Below, one piece after another: positions 56,201-64,000 of a DNA stretch of 64,000 nucleotides. The stretch covers positions 1 to 64,000 of the IMG/VR virus record IMGVR_UViG_3300020178_000825. The stretch is one strand, 5' to 3'. A program made the position numbers and the translations under genes. Numbering within the stretch: position 1 is the stretch's first letter; the number at the start of each line of letters is the position of its first letter. The stretch comes from an uncultured virus (IMG/VR IMGVR_UViG_3300020178_000825). Lineage: Duplodnaviria; Heunggongvirae; Uroviricota; Caudoviricetes. The notes under the pieces were generated by a model. The model was not told where the DNA came from. It worked only from the letters and a program-made list of their open reading frames with translations, and made no database searches.

Positions 56201-59200
56201 ATTTTGATTCATCATATACAAATCCACTCCAAGAAGATGATAAATAAGCTATTGTTTCTTCCTGAATGAAATCAATGTTATTTCTTAGGATTTGGTAAGC
56301 CGCAATTGTTGATTCATCGGTAGATGAAGTTGTGTAATTTGTAGGTACATATCCACCAACACCATTTGTTATAATATCGGTTACAATATCAATAGAAGAT
56401 GAAATAAAGTTTACATTTTCTAAACTACCACTAGCAGATGAAGAAATGTATTGTTCAATATTTCCAACTTTGATATTGTTGTTTGTGTTTGATACAATCG
56501 TTGGAATATTTCCAACTCCATTTTGAATCACATCAATCACAATTGCGAATGATGAACTAATATCAGATACGGATTGAGTAGCTGAGTTAGTTGTTTGAAT
56601 TGCGTTTGTTACTTTAGTTAATGATTCAATACCCTTATGTTCTGTTGGTAAGTTATTTAATCCACCTAAAATTACATTGTTAATAATTTCAAATGAAGAA
56701 CTAATTTCAGTTAAATTACTACCACTAATAGCCATTGAACCACTATATTGTGGAACACCATCAACCTTAATATGATTTTCACTATTAAGGATAATTCTTG
56801 GTCTTTCAAACTCTTTGTTTAGAATCACATCCTTAGTAAGAGCTTTAGCGTATCTAATACCCTCAATAGTTTCTCTTAATTGGAAAGTGGTTGCCTGTGA
56901 TGGATATCTGTAATAGTAATCACCAGCAATAATACTTCTTTCATTGCCTCCCCATAATAAATCAGTTGCTACCGCATCTAAAATAAATCCAACATCTCTC
57001 TTACACTTAACTCTATTGTAAGTAAAGTATGGATATAAGTTATCAACAAACTCAATAACTTCGGATTGTATAAATAATTTATTATTTCTAATTCTATTGT
57101 AAGCTTCTAATGTGTTACTATCGGGATTTACTAATAGTGTGTTTTGAATAATTTTTTCTGATAATCCAGCTGCATGTTTTACACCTGTAATTGTTTGGTC
57201 TAATTGAGTAGTTGTTGCCTCAGATGGATATCTATAATAGAACTCACCAGCCACTACACTTCTTTCATTACCACCATAAACAATATCAGTAGCGATAGCA
57301 TCTAGGATATACCCAACATCTCTCTTACACTTAGATTCATTATATTCAAATGTACTCCAAGAAGAACTTATAAAGTGGATAACTTCATTTTGAATCAATC
57401 CTTTGTTATCCATTAATAAATCTTTAGTTGCTCTTCTTTCTAATGATGAAGTTACTAAAGTTATATTATTAATTAATTTATTTGTCAATCGTTGTGCGTA
57501 AGTGATTCCATCAACAGTTTGTGTTAATTGTGAACCAGTTGCATCTGATGGGTATAGGTAATAGAATTCTCCAGCATTTACTGCTCTTTCATTACCACCA
57601 TATACGAAGTCGGTTACAACCGCATCTATAATGTATCCAGTATCTCTTCTACATTTAGCTTCATTGTATTCAAATGTACTCCAAGAAGAAGAAAGGAATT
57701 GAATAGTTTCTTCTTGAATTAAACTTTTATTTTCAGAGATTAATTCTGCTACTCCTAAAGTTTGTAATTCAGGTAATTCTAAAACTTGATTTTGAAGTAT
57801 TTTATTAGATATTCTTCTAGCGTAATTAATCGCATCAACAGTTTGATTCAATTGTGAACCAGTTGCTGCGGATGGATTACTGTAATAGAAAGATGCCGCT
57901 TGTACAGAACGTTCATTACCACCATAAAGAATATCAGTTGCTGCAGCATCTACAATATGTCCAATATCTCTTCTACATAATATATCTGAGTAAACAAAAT
58001 CACTCCAAGATGATGATATGTATTCAATTGTTTCATTTTGAATTAATACCTTATTATCTAACAATAATTGATGTGATGCAGATGCTTCATTTGAAGCAGT
58101 TACAAATTGAATATTTTGAATTAATTTTTGAGTAAGTTTACTAGCATATTCAATACCATCCAATGTTTGATTTAATTGAGATGTTTCAGCTTGAGATGGA
58201 TATTCTAAATAGAACCTACCATTTACAACTGATGATGATACAGTACCCCAAATTAAATCTTCAGCCGCACCAGATATTATTAAGCCAATATCTCTACCAC
58301 ATTTTACTTCATCATAAGAAGCAGTACTCCAAGACGAAGATAGGTATGCTAAACTTTCTGATTGAATAAATGGAATATTATTTCTAATAATTTGATATGC
58401 AGCTATCGTTGATTCATCGGTAGATACTCCACTACCAGTATCATATAAACTAGCGGTGTACGAACCAGATGAACCTAATTGTACTATGTTATAAACTATT
58501 GATACCGATGAAGATATAAAATTAACATTTTCTAATGTACCACTTACCGAAGATGAAATATATTGAGGTACATCAGTTACTTTTATACTAGCTGATGTAT
58601 TTGATATTTCGGTTGGTAAAGAACTTGTTCCATTTTGTAAAACATCAATAACAATTGCATATGATGAACTTACATTATTTAGTTCATATTCAGATGGTGT
58701 TATTGAAGATGTAATTTGTGATGTATTTGTTACTTTTATTGAACCAGATGTATTTTCAACAATAGTTGGTAAATCATCTACACCATTTTTCAATATTTCT
58801 ATTGTAGTTGCAAATGATGAACTAATTTCATGTGATTCATCAACCGAAGCACTGAATGAAGATGAATATTGAGATATATTTGATATCTTAATATTATCAA
58901 CATTGTTAGTAGTTATTTCAACAAATCCTTTAGATGGAACTTCAATATATCTTTGAGTATCCGAAATTGGTAAATTATCAACTACATTGATAATACCACT
59001 AGCAGATACATTATTACCATTTACATAATATAATCTATCCGGTGCTTCTAGTGGAACGATAAATGTTAAAGTTCCAAAGTTTACACCATTATTAGTTACA
59101 CCTTCATTATAAAGAGCTTCTTTATTTGGCTTTCTAGCAGTTTTAATGTAGAATGGATTTAAATCGTATTTTAGAGCATTTACTGAGAAGGTGTACATTT

Positions 59201-62200
59201 CACCCCTTTTCAATGTTAAAGTTGGGTCTTTAATACCATCTGAGAATGAACCTGTATTTTCTTCGGTATTAAAATATCCACCTGCTCTTACACCATCAAA
59301 CTCATCCAATTGAGCTCTATTGATAATATAATAATCACCAGTTTCTGGAGTAACAACTTCGTAGTAAGTTGAGGTATCAAAAGAACCACTCAAACTTAAA
59401 CTACCAGAAGTACCATATTTAATGATATCAATAATATCTGAGAATGAAGATGATACTTTTAATGATTCACTAACTGATGAAGTTATAGAACCTGTAATTT
59501 GTGTATCACTACCAAACTTAATACCCGAATCTGTGTTTTCAGTCAATTCAAAAGTTGGTATGGAAGTAGTAATTACAGTTTTTACTAAACCATCACCATA
59601 TGAATCTTTAGGAATTCCAATAGTAGAAATTGGGTCTCCTATTTGAGATTCAGGCACTGGAGCTGAACCTGTTCCGATTGTTTCTTCAGTTACAATAGAA
59701 CTACCACTTTCAATAATTTTAATTACAGTATCGAATGAATTCTCTACTGAATTAGCTCCTCTTAAATCTAATTTAATTAAATCTCTAGCGAAGTTGATAC
59801 CATCTACCGTTTCACTTAATTGTGAGAATGTAGCTTGTGATGGGAATCTATAATAGAATGCTCCAGCTTGAACACTTCTACCATTTCCACCATATACTAA
59901 ATCAGTTACAACTGCATCTATGATGAACCCAACATCTCTAAAACACTTATCGTTGTTATAGTTTAGATTTGGGTAAGTATCATTGATGTAATCAATTGTT
60001 TGTTGTTGTACATTTGATTTGTTATCAATGATTGAGTTTTTAATTGTTATCTTAGTGCTATCCGCTGATGTGAATGTTTCACCCAATACAATCTTCTCAG
60101 AAATACCACCCACATATTTGATACCATCAACCGTTGGGTCTTTTTGTTGAGTTGTTGAAGGAACACCACCTACAATTGCTGCAGATGGATAACGATAGTA
60201 GAAATTAGATGCGATTCTACTTCTCTCATTACCACCATAAACTACATCAGTTACAGCAGCATCTATAATAAATCCTATATCTCTCTTACAAGTTGTTTGG
60301 TTGTATGAGAACTCACTCCAAGAAGAAGATAGGTATGCTATTGTTTCATCTTGTACAAATTGTTTGTTATTAAGAAGAACATTCTTAGCATCTAATTTTG
60401 CTTGAGATGGGAATGAGAATGAACTACCAGTTACAACTGCTTCAGTAATTCTACCAGCATATCTCAATCCATCTAATGTTGGTACTAATTGTGTTGTAGG
60501 TGTTGGAGATGCACTACCACTTAAAATTGCTGCCGATGGATATAGGTAATAGAAGTTACCAGCAATAGCACTTCTCTCATTACCACCATAGTAGATATCA
60601 GTTTTAACTGCATCTAAAATATATCCAGCATCTCTTCTACAAGTTGTTTCGTTATAATCAAAAGTACTCCAAGAAGAAGATAGATATTGAATCATTTCTT
60701 CTTTAATGAAATCTTCATTTTCAGTAATTGCGTTCCAAGCTCCCCTTCTTTCAACAGATGCGGTTACGAACTCAATATTCTGAATAAGTTTTTGTGCTAC
60801 TTCACTTGCGAAAAATACACCATCTAATGTTTGATTTAATTGTGCACCTTGTGCTTGTGAAGGATATTCATAGTAGAACTTACCATTTACTATTGAAGAT
60901 GATACAGTTCCCCAAATTAAATCTTCTGCGGCGCCTGAGATAATTAAACCAACATCTCTTCTACATTTACTTTCATCATAAGATGCGGTACTCCAAGAAG
61001 AACTCAAATATGCAATTGTTTCATCTTTGATGAAATCAATATTGTTTCTTAGGATTTGGTATGCCGCAATTGCATTTGATGATGAAAGTGGTTGTGATGG
61101 ATATTCACTAGCAGTATATGAGCCAGTTCCATTTGCGATAATTGATGTTACATAAGAAATAGAAGATGAAATGAATGATACATCCTCTAAACTTCCACTA
61201 AACGAAGAAGATATGTATTGAACACTATCGTTAAAGAACTTAATATTTTCGTTTGTATTTGATACAATTGTAGGAATCACACCTACACCATTTTCTACAA
61301 TATTTGTTATAGTAGCAAATGATGAACTAACTTTAGTTGCCTCAGTTAAAGAACCACTATAATCCGTATTCTGAAGTTGATTTGTTACTTTGATTAACCC
61401 ATCTATACTAGCTGTTAATGGTGGTAATGAATCAACACCATTTTGTACTATATTTGCCACAATAGCAATTGATTGAGAAACCAAAGTTGCTTCGGTAGAT
61501 GTTGATGATAAACTACTACTAATGTATTGTGGAGTATCAGTTACTTTAATTGTACCTTCCCAAGAAGATGTTGGTTGAGGTATAACAGATTCACCACCAG
61601 CTATGATTGAGGTAACAATATCAAACCCATCACTTACATTTTGTATGTTAACGGATTCAGTTACCGATGATGTTATTGGAAGTACACTACTTACATTTAT
61701 TGGTGAAGATATACTCCAATTAAAACTTCCAGTATTTTCAGCAATTGAAGCTAATACCGAATCATTACCAAATCTAATGATATCTTCAACGATTCCAATT
61801 GAACCACTAATATACTTAGATTCAAACTCAGTACCACTAATCGATGATGTTATGTATTGCACATCACCAACCTTAATTCGTTTTTCAATATTTCGTTTAG
61901 CGGTTGGTATTTCAATCAAATTAGATTGAGCAACTTCCAATGCAAATCCTTTAGAATATCTGATACCCTCTAAGGTTTCTTCTAATTGAGTTGTGTTTGC
62001 GATTGATGGATATAGGTAGTAGTATAGACCCGATAATTGAGAGCGTTCCACCCCACCATATCTTAAATCGGTAATCACACCATCCAAAATATATCCAGTA
62101 TCTCTTCTACATTTTGCTTCGTTATATGAGAAGTTTGGATATGTTGTATTAATATATGTAATCGTTTCGTCTTGAATTAGAGAACGATTTTGTAATAGTG

Positions 62201-63998
62201 TATCAGCGATAGTAAGTGTAGATGCCGATTGAGTTACGAATGTTTCGTTTTTAGCTAACTTCTGAGCTATCCTCTTAGCGTACTTAATACCATCAATTGT
62301 TTGATTTAATTGTCCACCAACAGTACTATTATTTACAGTTGCCTGGGATGGGTATTTGTAATAGAAATTACCAGCGATTACACTTCTCTCATTACCACCA
62401 TATTTGATATCAGTTGCTACCGCATCTATGATGTATCCCAAATCTCTTACACACTTAGCTTCATTGTACTCAAATGTACTCCAAGAAGAACTTACATATG
62501 CAATAGATTCGGATTGTATAAATCGTTTATTTTCAAACAATAAGCTGTATGCATTATCAGCCTCAGCAGTTGTTTCTACAAAAGTTGTATCTGATAATAT
62601 ATTATCAACCATACCAGCAACATATTTGATTGCCGTTAGGGTTGGGTCTTTTTGAGTTGTTGTTGCATCCGATGGATAGAGGTAATAGAAGTTACCATTT
62701 CTCACCGATTCTTCATTACCACCATATAATAAATCATGCGCAGCACCACTTACGATATAACCAACATCTCTCTTACAAGTAGTTTGGTTGTATTCAAACT
62801 CACTCCAAGACGAACTCAAATAAGCAATCGTTTCTTCTTGAATAAATGGAATGTTTTCAATTAGTAATGCGTAAGCATTTTGATAATCAATCGTTGGATT
62901 TTCGTTTGAACTACTCTGAATAATTGCTGGTGCTGAACCTGTTCCATTATCCAAAATATTATATACAATAGATAACGAAGAACTTACTGCTTCTCTAACA
63001 TTTAATGATGAAGATAAATCAGTAATATATTGAGTTGTATCGGTTACCTTAAACGATTGAGATGTATTTAATTTTATTTCTGGAATAAAATCTAAACCAT
63101 TTTCTATGATGGAAATAATAGTATCAAATCGTTCACCAATTGTATCTTCCGTAATATCAGATACCGGTGATGATTTGTATTGCTCGACATCACTTATTTT
63201 AATTGAAGAACTAACATTATCTACATAAATGTATGATGATGTAGCTGCATTACCTCTTTCAATTATATCTAAAACAATATCATAATTAGTATTGATTGTA
63301 CTTAAATCATCTTCAGATGCCGTAGTTGATGAAGTTATTTGATTATCACCACTAACATTCCATACTGAACCCGAATTATATCCTCTATCCGATGATACGG
63401 CTAAAATAGGAATTTTATTTTCAACTCCTCTTTCAATCAAATTAGATATTAATCTATAATCAGATACAACTGTTTTTGCATCTTTATCACTTGCTTGTGC
63501 ACCTGTATTGAATTTTTGTAATTCATTAGTTACTTTAATACCATCTTCAGTATTTGTAACTAAATCAGGAATTTCACCCAATCCCCTTTCAATTGTATCA
63601 ACAATAATTGAGTAATTATCTTGTACATTTAAAAATGCTTCAGTATTACCACCACTACCAGTGATGAAACGAGAACCAGACGCATACATACCAAAATCAC
63701 CAAATGAAGTGTTGGAGTTAAGTAATACTGCTTGCCCACCATCAATTACTTTTACTGAATATGCAGAGAAGTTTGTGAAGAACGATACTAACTGAATAAA
63801 TCCTCTACCTACAACTTGACAACCAACACCGTTTGGTGCAACCTGTGTATATGCATCAAGTACCATTGAAGCAAGAGGTGAATCAGGATGAATTCTATTA
63901 CCATCTACATTCAATCCACCACCACCAGCAGGAATATCCTCATATGCTTCTAAGAATGAGTTTTCCTGATTGGAAATCATTGAACAGTTCTGAACATA
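50235..63998 (-). CDS. giant virion structural protein (>4581 aa, 5' end outside window) with 24 CxRD helical repeats
   Basis: The frame stays open beyond the ATG at 63980 (…YVQNCSMIS…). Beta-helix-like segments at both ends (SMVLDAYTQ..QLVSFFT; GHDFSYAGSG..ALP..GGRVFFT..GDFKIG) flank the repeat array. Confidence 0.88.
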   Translation of the reverse strand, partial: YVQNCSMISNQENSFLEAYEDIPAGGGGLNVDGNRIHPDSPLASMVLDAYTQVAPNGVGCQVVGRGFIQLVSFFTNFSAYSVKVIDGGQAVLLNSNTSFGDFGMYASGSRFITGSGGNTEAFLNVQDNYSIIVDTIERGLGEIPDLVTNTEDGIKVTNELQKFNTGAQASDKDAKTVVSDYRLISNLIERGVENKIPILAVSSDRGYNSGSVWNVSGDNQITSSTTASEDDLSTINTNYDIVLDIIERGNAATSSYIYVDNVSSSIKISDVEQYKSSPVSDITEDTIGERFDTIISIIENGLDFIPEIKLNTSQSFKVTDTTQYITDLSSSLNVREAVSSSLSIVYNILDNGTGSAPAIIQSSSNENPTIDYQNAYALLIENIPFIQEETIAYLSSSWSEFEYNQTTCKRDVGYIVSGAAHDLLYGGNEESVRNGNFYYLYPSDATTTQKDPTLTAIKYVAGMVDNILSDTTFVETTAEADNAYSLLFENKRFIQSESIAYVSSSWSTFEYNEAKCVRDLGYIIDAVATDIKYGGNERSVIAGNFYYKYPSQATVNNSTVGGQLNQTIDGIKYAKRIAQKLAKNETFVTQSASTLTIADTLLQNRSLIQDETITYINTTYPNFSYNEAKCRRDTGYILDGVITDLRYGGVERSQLSGLYYYLYPSIANTTQLEETLEGIRYSKGFALEVAQSNLIEIPTAKRNIEKRIKVGDVQYITSSISGTEFESKYISGSIGIVEDIIRFGNDSVLASIAENTGSFNWSISSPINVSSVLPITSSVTESVNIQNVSDGFDIVTSIIAGGESVIPQPTSSWEGTIKVTDTPQYISSSLSSTSTEATLVSQSIAIVANIVQNGVDSLPPLTASIDGLIKVTNQLQNTDYSGSLTEATKVSSSFATITNIVENGVGVIPTIVSNTNENIKFFNDSVQYISSSFSGSLEDVSFISSSISYVTSIIANGTGSYTASEYPSQPLSSSNAIAAYQILRNNIDFIKDETIAYLSSSWSTASYDESKCRRDVGLIISGAAEDLIWGTVSSSIVNGKFYYEYPSQAQGAQLNQTLDGVFFASEVAQKLIQNIEFVTASVERRGAWNAITENEDFIKEEMIQYLSSSWSTFDYNETTCRRDAGYILDAVKTDIYYGGNERSAIAGNFYYLYPSAAILSGSASPTPTTQLVPTLDGLRYAGRITEAVVTGSSFSFPSQAKLDAKNVLLNNKQFVQDETIAYLSSSWSEFSYNQTTCKRDIGFIIDAAVTDVVYGGNERSRIASNFYYRYPSAAIVGGVPSTTQQKDPTVDGIKYVGGISEKIVLGETFTSADSTKITIKNSIIDNKSNVQQQTIDYINDTYPNLNYNNDKCFRDVGFIIDAVVTDLVYGGNGRSVQAGAFYYRFPSQATFSQLSETVDGINFARDLIKLDLRGANSVENSFDTVIKIIESGSSIVTEETIGTGSAPVPESQIGDPISTIGIPKDSYGDGLVKTVITTSIPTFELTENTDSGIKFGSDTQITGSITSSVSESLKVSSSFSDIIDIIKYGTSGSLSLSGSFDTSTYYEVVTPETGDYYIINRAQLDEFDGVRAGGYFNTEENTGSFSDGIKDPTLTLKRGEMYTFSVNALKYDLNPFYIKTARKPNKEALYNEGVTNNGVNFGTLTFIVPLEAPDRLYYVNGNNVSASGIINVVDNLPISDTQRYIEVPSKGFVEITTNNVDNIKISNISQYSSSFSASVDESHEISSSFATTIEILKNGVDDLPTIVENTSGSIKVTNTSQITSSITPSEYELNNVSSSYAIVIDVLQNGTSSLPTEISNTSASIKVTDVPQYISSSVSGTLENVNFISSSVSIVYNIVQLGSSGSYTASLYDTGSGVSTDESTIAAYQIIRNNIPFIQSESLAYLSSSWSTASYDEVKCGRDIGLIISGAAEDLIWGTVSSSVVNGRFYLEYPSQAETSQLNQTLDGIEYASKLTQKLIQNIQFVTASNEASASHQLLLDNKVLIQNETIEYISSSWSDFVYSDILCRRDIGHIVDAAATDILYGGNERSVQAASFYYSNPSAATGSQLNQTVDAINYARRISNKILQNQVLELPELQTLGVAELISENKSLIQEETIQFLSSSWSTFEYNEAKCRRDTGYIIDAVVTDFVYGGNERAVNAGEFYYLYPSDATGSQLTQTVDGITYAQRLTNKLINNITLVTSSLERRATKDLLMDNKGLIQNEVIHFISSSWSTFEYNESKCKRDVGYILDAIATDIVYGGNERSVVAGEFYYRYPSEATTTQLDQTITGVKHAAGLSEKIIQNTLLVNPDSNTLEAYNRIRNNKLFIQSEVIEFVDNLYPYFTYNRVKCKRDVGFILDAVATDLLWGGNERSIIAGDYYYRYPSQATTFQLRETIEGIRYAKALTKDVILNKEFERPRIILNSENHIKVDGVPQYSGSMAISGSNLTEISSSFEIINNVILGGLNNLPTEHKGIESLTKVTNAIQTTNSATQSVSDISSSFAIVIDVIQNGVGNIPTIVSNTNNNIKVGNIEQYISSSASGSLENVNFISSSIDIVTDIITNGVGGYVPTNYTTSSTDESTIAAYQILRNNIDFIQEETIAYLSSSWSGFVYDESKCRRDVGLIVSGAAEDLIWNTDSSSIVNGKFYLEYPSQATSSQLDQTLDGIFYASNLAQKLIQNVTFSSADSTIVDSYNSIVNEKATIQSKVIAYLSSSFPTHQYNESKCSRDVGYIIDGVATDLLYGGNERSVKSGNYYYKYPSQATGYQLEETVAGIEYAQRLTEVASQNKGTQIGIVSASIDMINDIIRLGSDDIPFTIAKHFQTSELDTPQQLTTGSYTQIAGPTLDSEYNNGSIISLTGDGSDFFKKEVTVNGVRIVVAGDVGGQTAVPDAFTEKVARMFELFTDPSGSGINETFQRNLIKTLSGDSGTYHAGLPTIQRVARGAGSDYTPNFLDDAGILYWNLTNLFDTHVQNDMVWYLNSTGDISGSGDIDAQEVIEHIFHTLHMHGLPADDIKLYSYLASDWQTGDLYLAMEEAYDAGLWDSSGYGGNSWKTDSDAFEVAAKEYLYLLNFSMFEYTDLWENGSLSPEWDDSMRTQAGILANNPLGYAFHNTYISPTISKPSLATIRSIFQDGDLGDPTIAGESGYVVTPTGTYTTDTELAIVSSSFSLINDIIENTTSSIADFVDNTYNKRKFTNTTQYSSSVSASTAELSIVDNRFGIVVDIVENGLSQKPTIVRNNTDVDNLIKVTDTPQYISASSADKLQSKIVSSSIAIVTDIIENGSGSAPTIIEYTTPSDSPKAKLAYQLIKNNLPFIVSESIAYISSSWSDFSYNEASCSRDVALIVSGAAEDLIWNSNSASVVNGKFYLEYPSAATGSQLQQTLDGINYASTLTQHIVRNRTFVTASSSVSASYNLLVENKEFIQNETIAYLSSSWSDFYYSESKCKRDVGYIIDAVATDLKYGGNERSVIAGDYYYRYPSAAIVGGVPNVDQQKDPTVTGINYAKSLANELLSGSQFVTASNEVEFVYDSIRENREFIQAETVAFVNAKYPNLEYNEASCSRDAGFIVDAVATDLRWGGNQRSIVAGQYYYKFPSQATTAQLGETTDAVIYASKLVTELIDKNTLPIPSASLNTNNNIKVTSTPQYISASSAGEVELTKISSSFASVSGIVEDGVSVIPTLVENLNENIKVTNVTQYISSSASGSLENISFISESVEIVTDIISNGTGSLPLFGTYTTPSTDESTIAAYQILRSNISFIQSESIAYLSSSWSTASYDEAKCARDIKLIISGAAEDLIWNANSASIVNGKFYYEYPSQAQGAQLNQTLDGINYASRLAQKLIQNIEFVTASSERVVTSELLRLNTPFIQTETIAYLSSSWSTFDYDEVTCKRDVGYIIDAVRTDIVYGGNERTNKAGNFYYLYPSQATGSQLDQTLDGIRYAGRLAEKVASNIQLVSPSSASQQSYDLLRDNKGFIQSESIAYLSSSWSEFDYNQETCKRDIGYILDAISTDILYGGTERSVIAGNYYYKYPSSATNAQLDPTVTGIEYAGDMMEKVIVNQIFQSPSAERIAGNESLLNNRTFIQSESLAYLTASWSTFEYNKDKCARDVGYIVDAVATDFLYGGNERSRTAGEYYYLYPSEATSVQANQTTDGVKYAGRISEALVQNIQFVTASTEVSASFDLLRKNKPFIAEETIQYVSSSWSGVYYDEAKCRRDTGFIVDAAATDLLYGGNERSVIAGNYYFKYPSSATERGVPSVVSQLDPTTTGIKYASGLAQNVIQNIEWNEPSASVLVAADLLVNNKTFIQKETIAFLSSSWSEFAYNDVSCSRDLGYIIDAVRTDLVYGGNERSIQAATFYYYIPSVAITEQKPQTIDGIDFAKGMAEKVIKQDQLTFASLNRRNGYNELRAAKKYLQSSAISYTEAAFPGFEYNEEKCYRDTGFILDAISTDLLYGGNERSIEAAKSYYNGVYGDASVVINEQKKETAETNRYLRTLFQKVARNAPLELFGSLIITTGHDFSYAGSGVTYKALPPNQGGNGVPDPDKEIVELGGGRVFFTAGNELGDFKIGTGLVINQATGTLQGRTFSRSLFSLVTPFSLALEG
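50550..62880 (-). repeat. array of 24 ~100-aa repeats in six clusters
   Basis: Consensus LxxNKxFIQxETIAYLSSSWSxFxYNExKCxRDVGYIIDAVATDLxYGGNERSxxAGxxYYxYPS; counted by hand. Confidence 0.92.
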
Positions 63999-64000
63999 AG

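Noticed and set aside
63978..63980. ATG at 63980 as the start of the giant protein
   Set aside because: The frame is open to the window edge (YVQNCS precedes the Met), so the real start is outside the window.
1..64000. CRISPR array, tRNA/rRNA genes, introns/inteins, stop-codon reassignment
   Set aside because: All repeats are in-frame coding repeats and intergenic gaps are short. I recognised no RNA gene by eye. RecA and the visible part of the helicase are uninterrupted, and genes are full length in the standard code.

Overview
AT-rich segment of a large myovirus (jumbo/huge-phage-like). Every credible gene is on the minus strand and reads in the standard code. In transcription order (right to left) it holds three modules. 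(1) Giant virion/fibre proteins (>4581, 4590 and 3866 aa) with small adaptor, chaperone and LRR genes. (2) A contractile tail module: sheath, tube, a tail-chaperone pair joined by a probable programmed frameshift, tape measure, and baseplate genes. (3) A replication/lysis block: divergent family-A polymerase, amidase, gp32-like SSB, RecA, 5'-3' exonuclease and DnaB-like helicase. Four TTTG-N19/20-TATATTTG promoters and A-rich leaders without obvious Shine-Dalgarno sites point to a Bacteroidota host. A second motif (ATATTTATA on the coding strand) precedes mostly structural genes. The most striking observations are: 24 repeats with an invariant C-x-R-D...GG motif spaced exactly like the bilin-attachment site of phycocyanin alpha; cupredoxin-like domains with H...C-x2-H-x2-M ligands inside a fibre; very long Pro-free Gly-X-Y tracts; and a leaderless PolA-like gene whose steric-gate Glu is replaced by His. 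All family calls come from motif recognition by eye; no searches were run.
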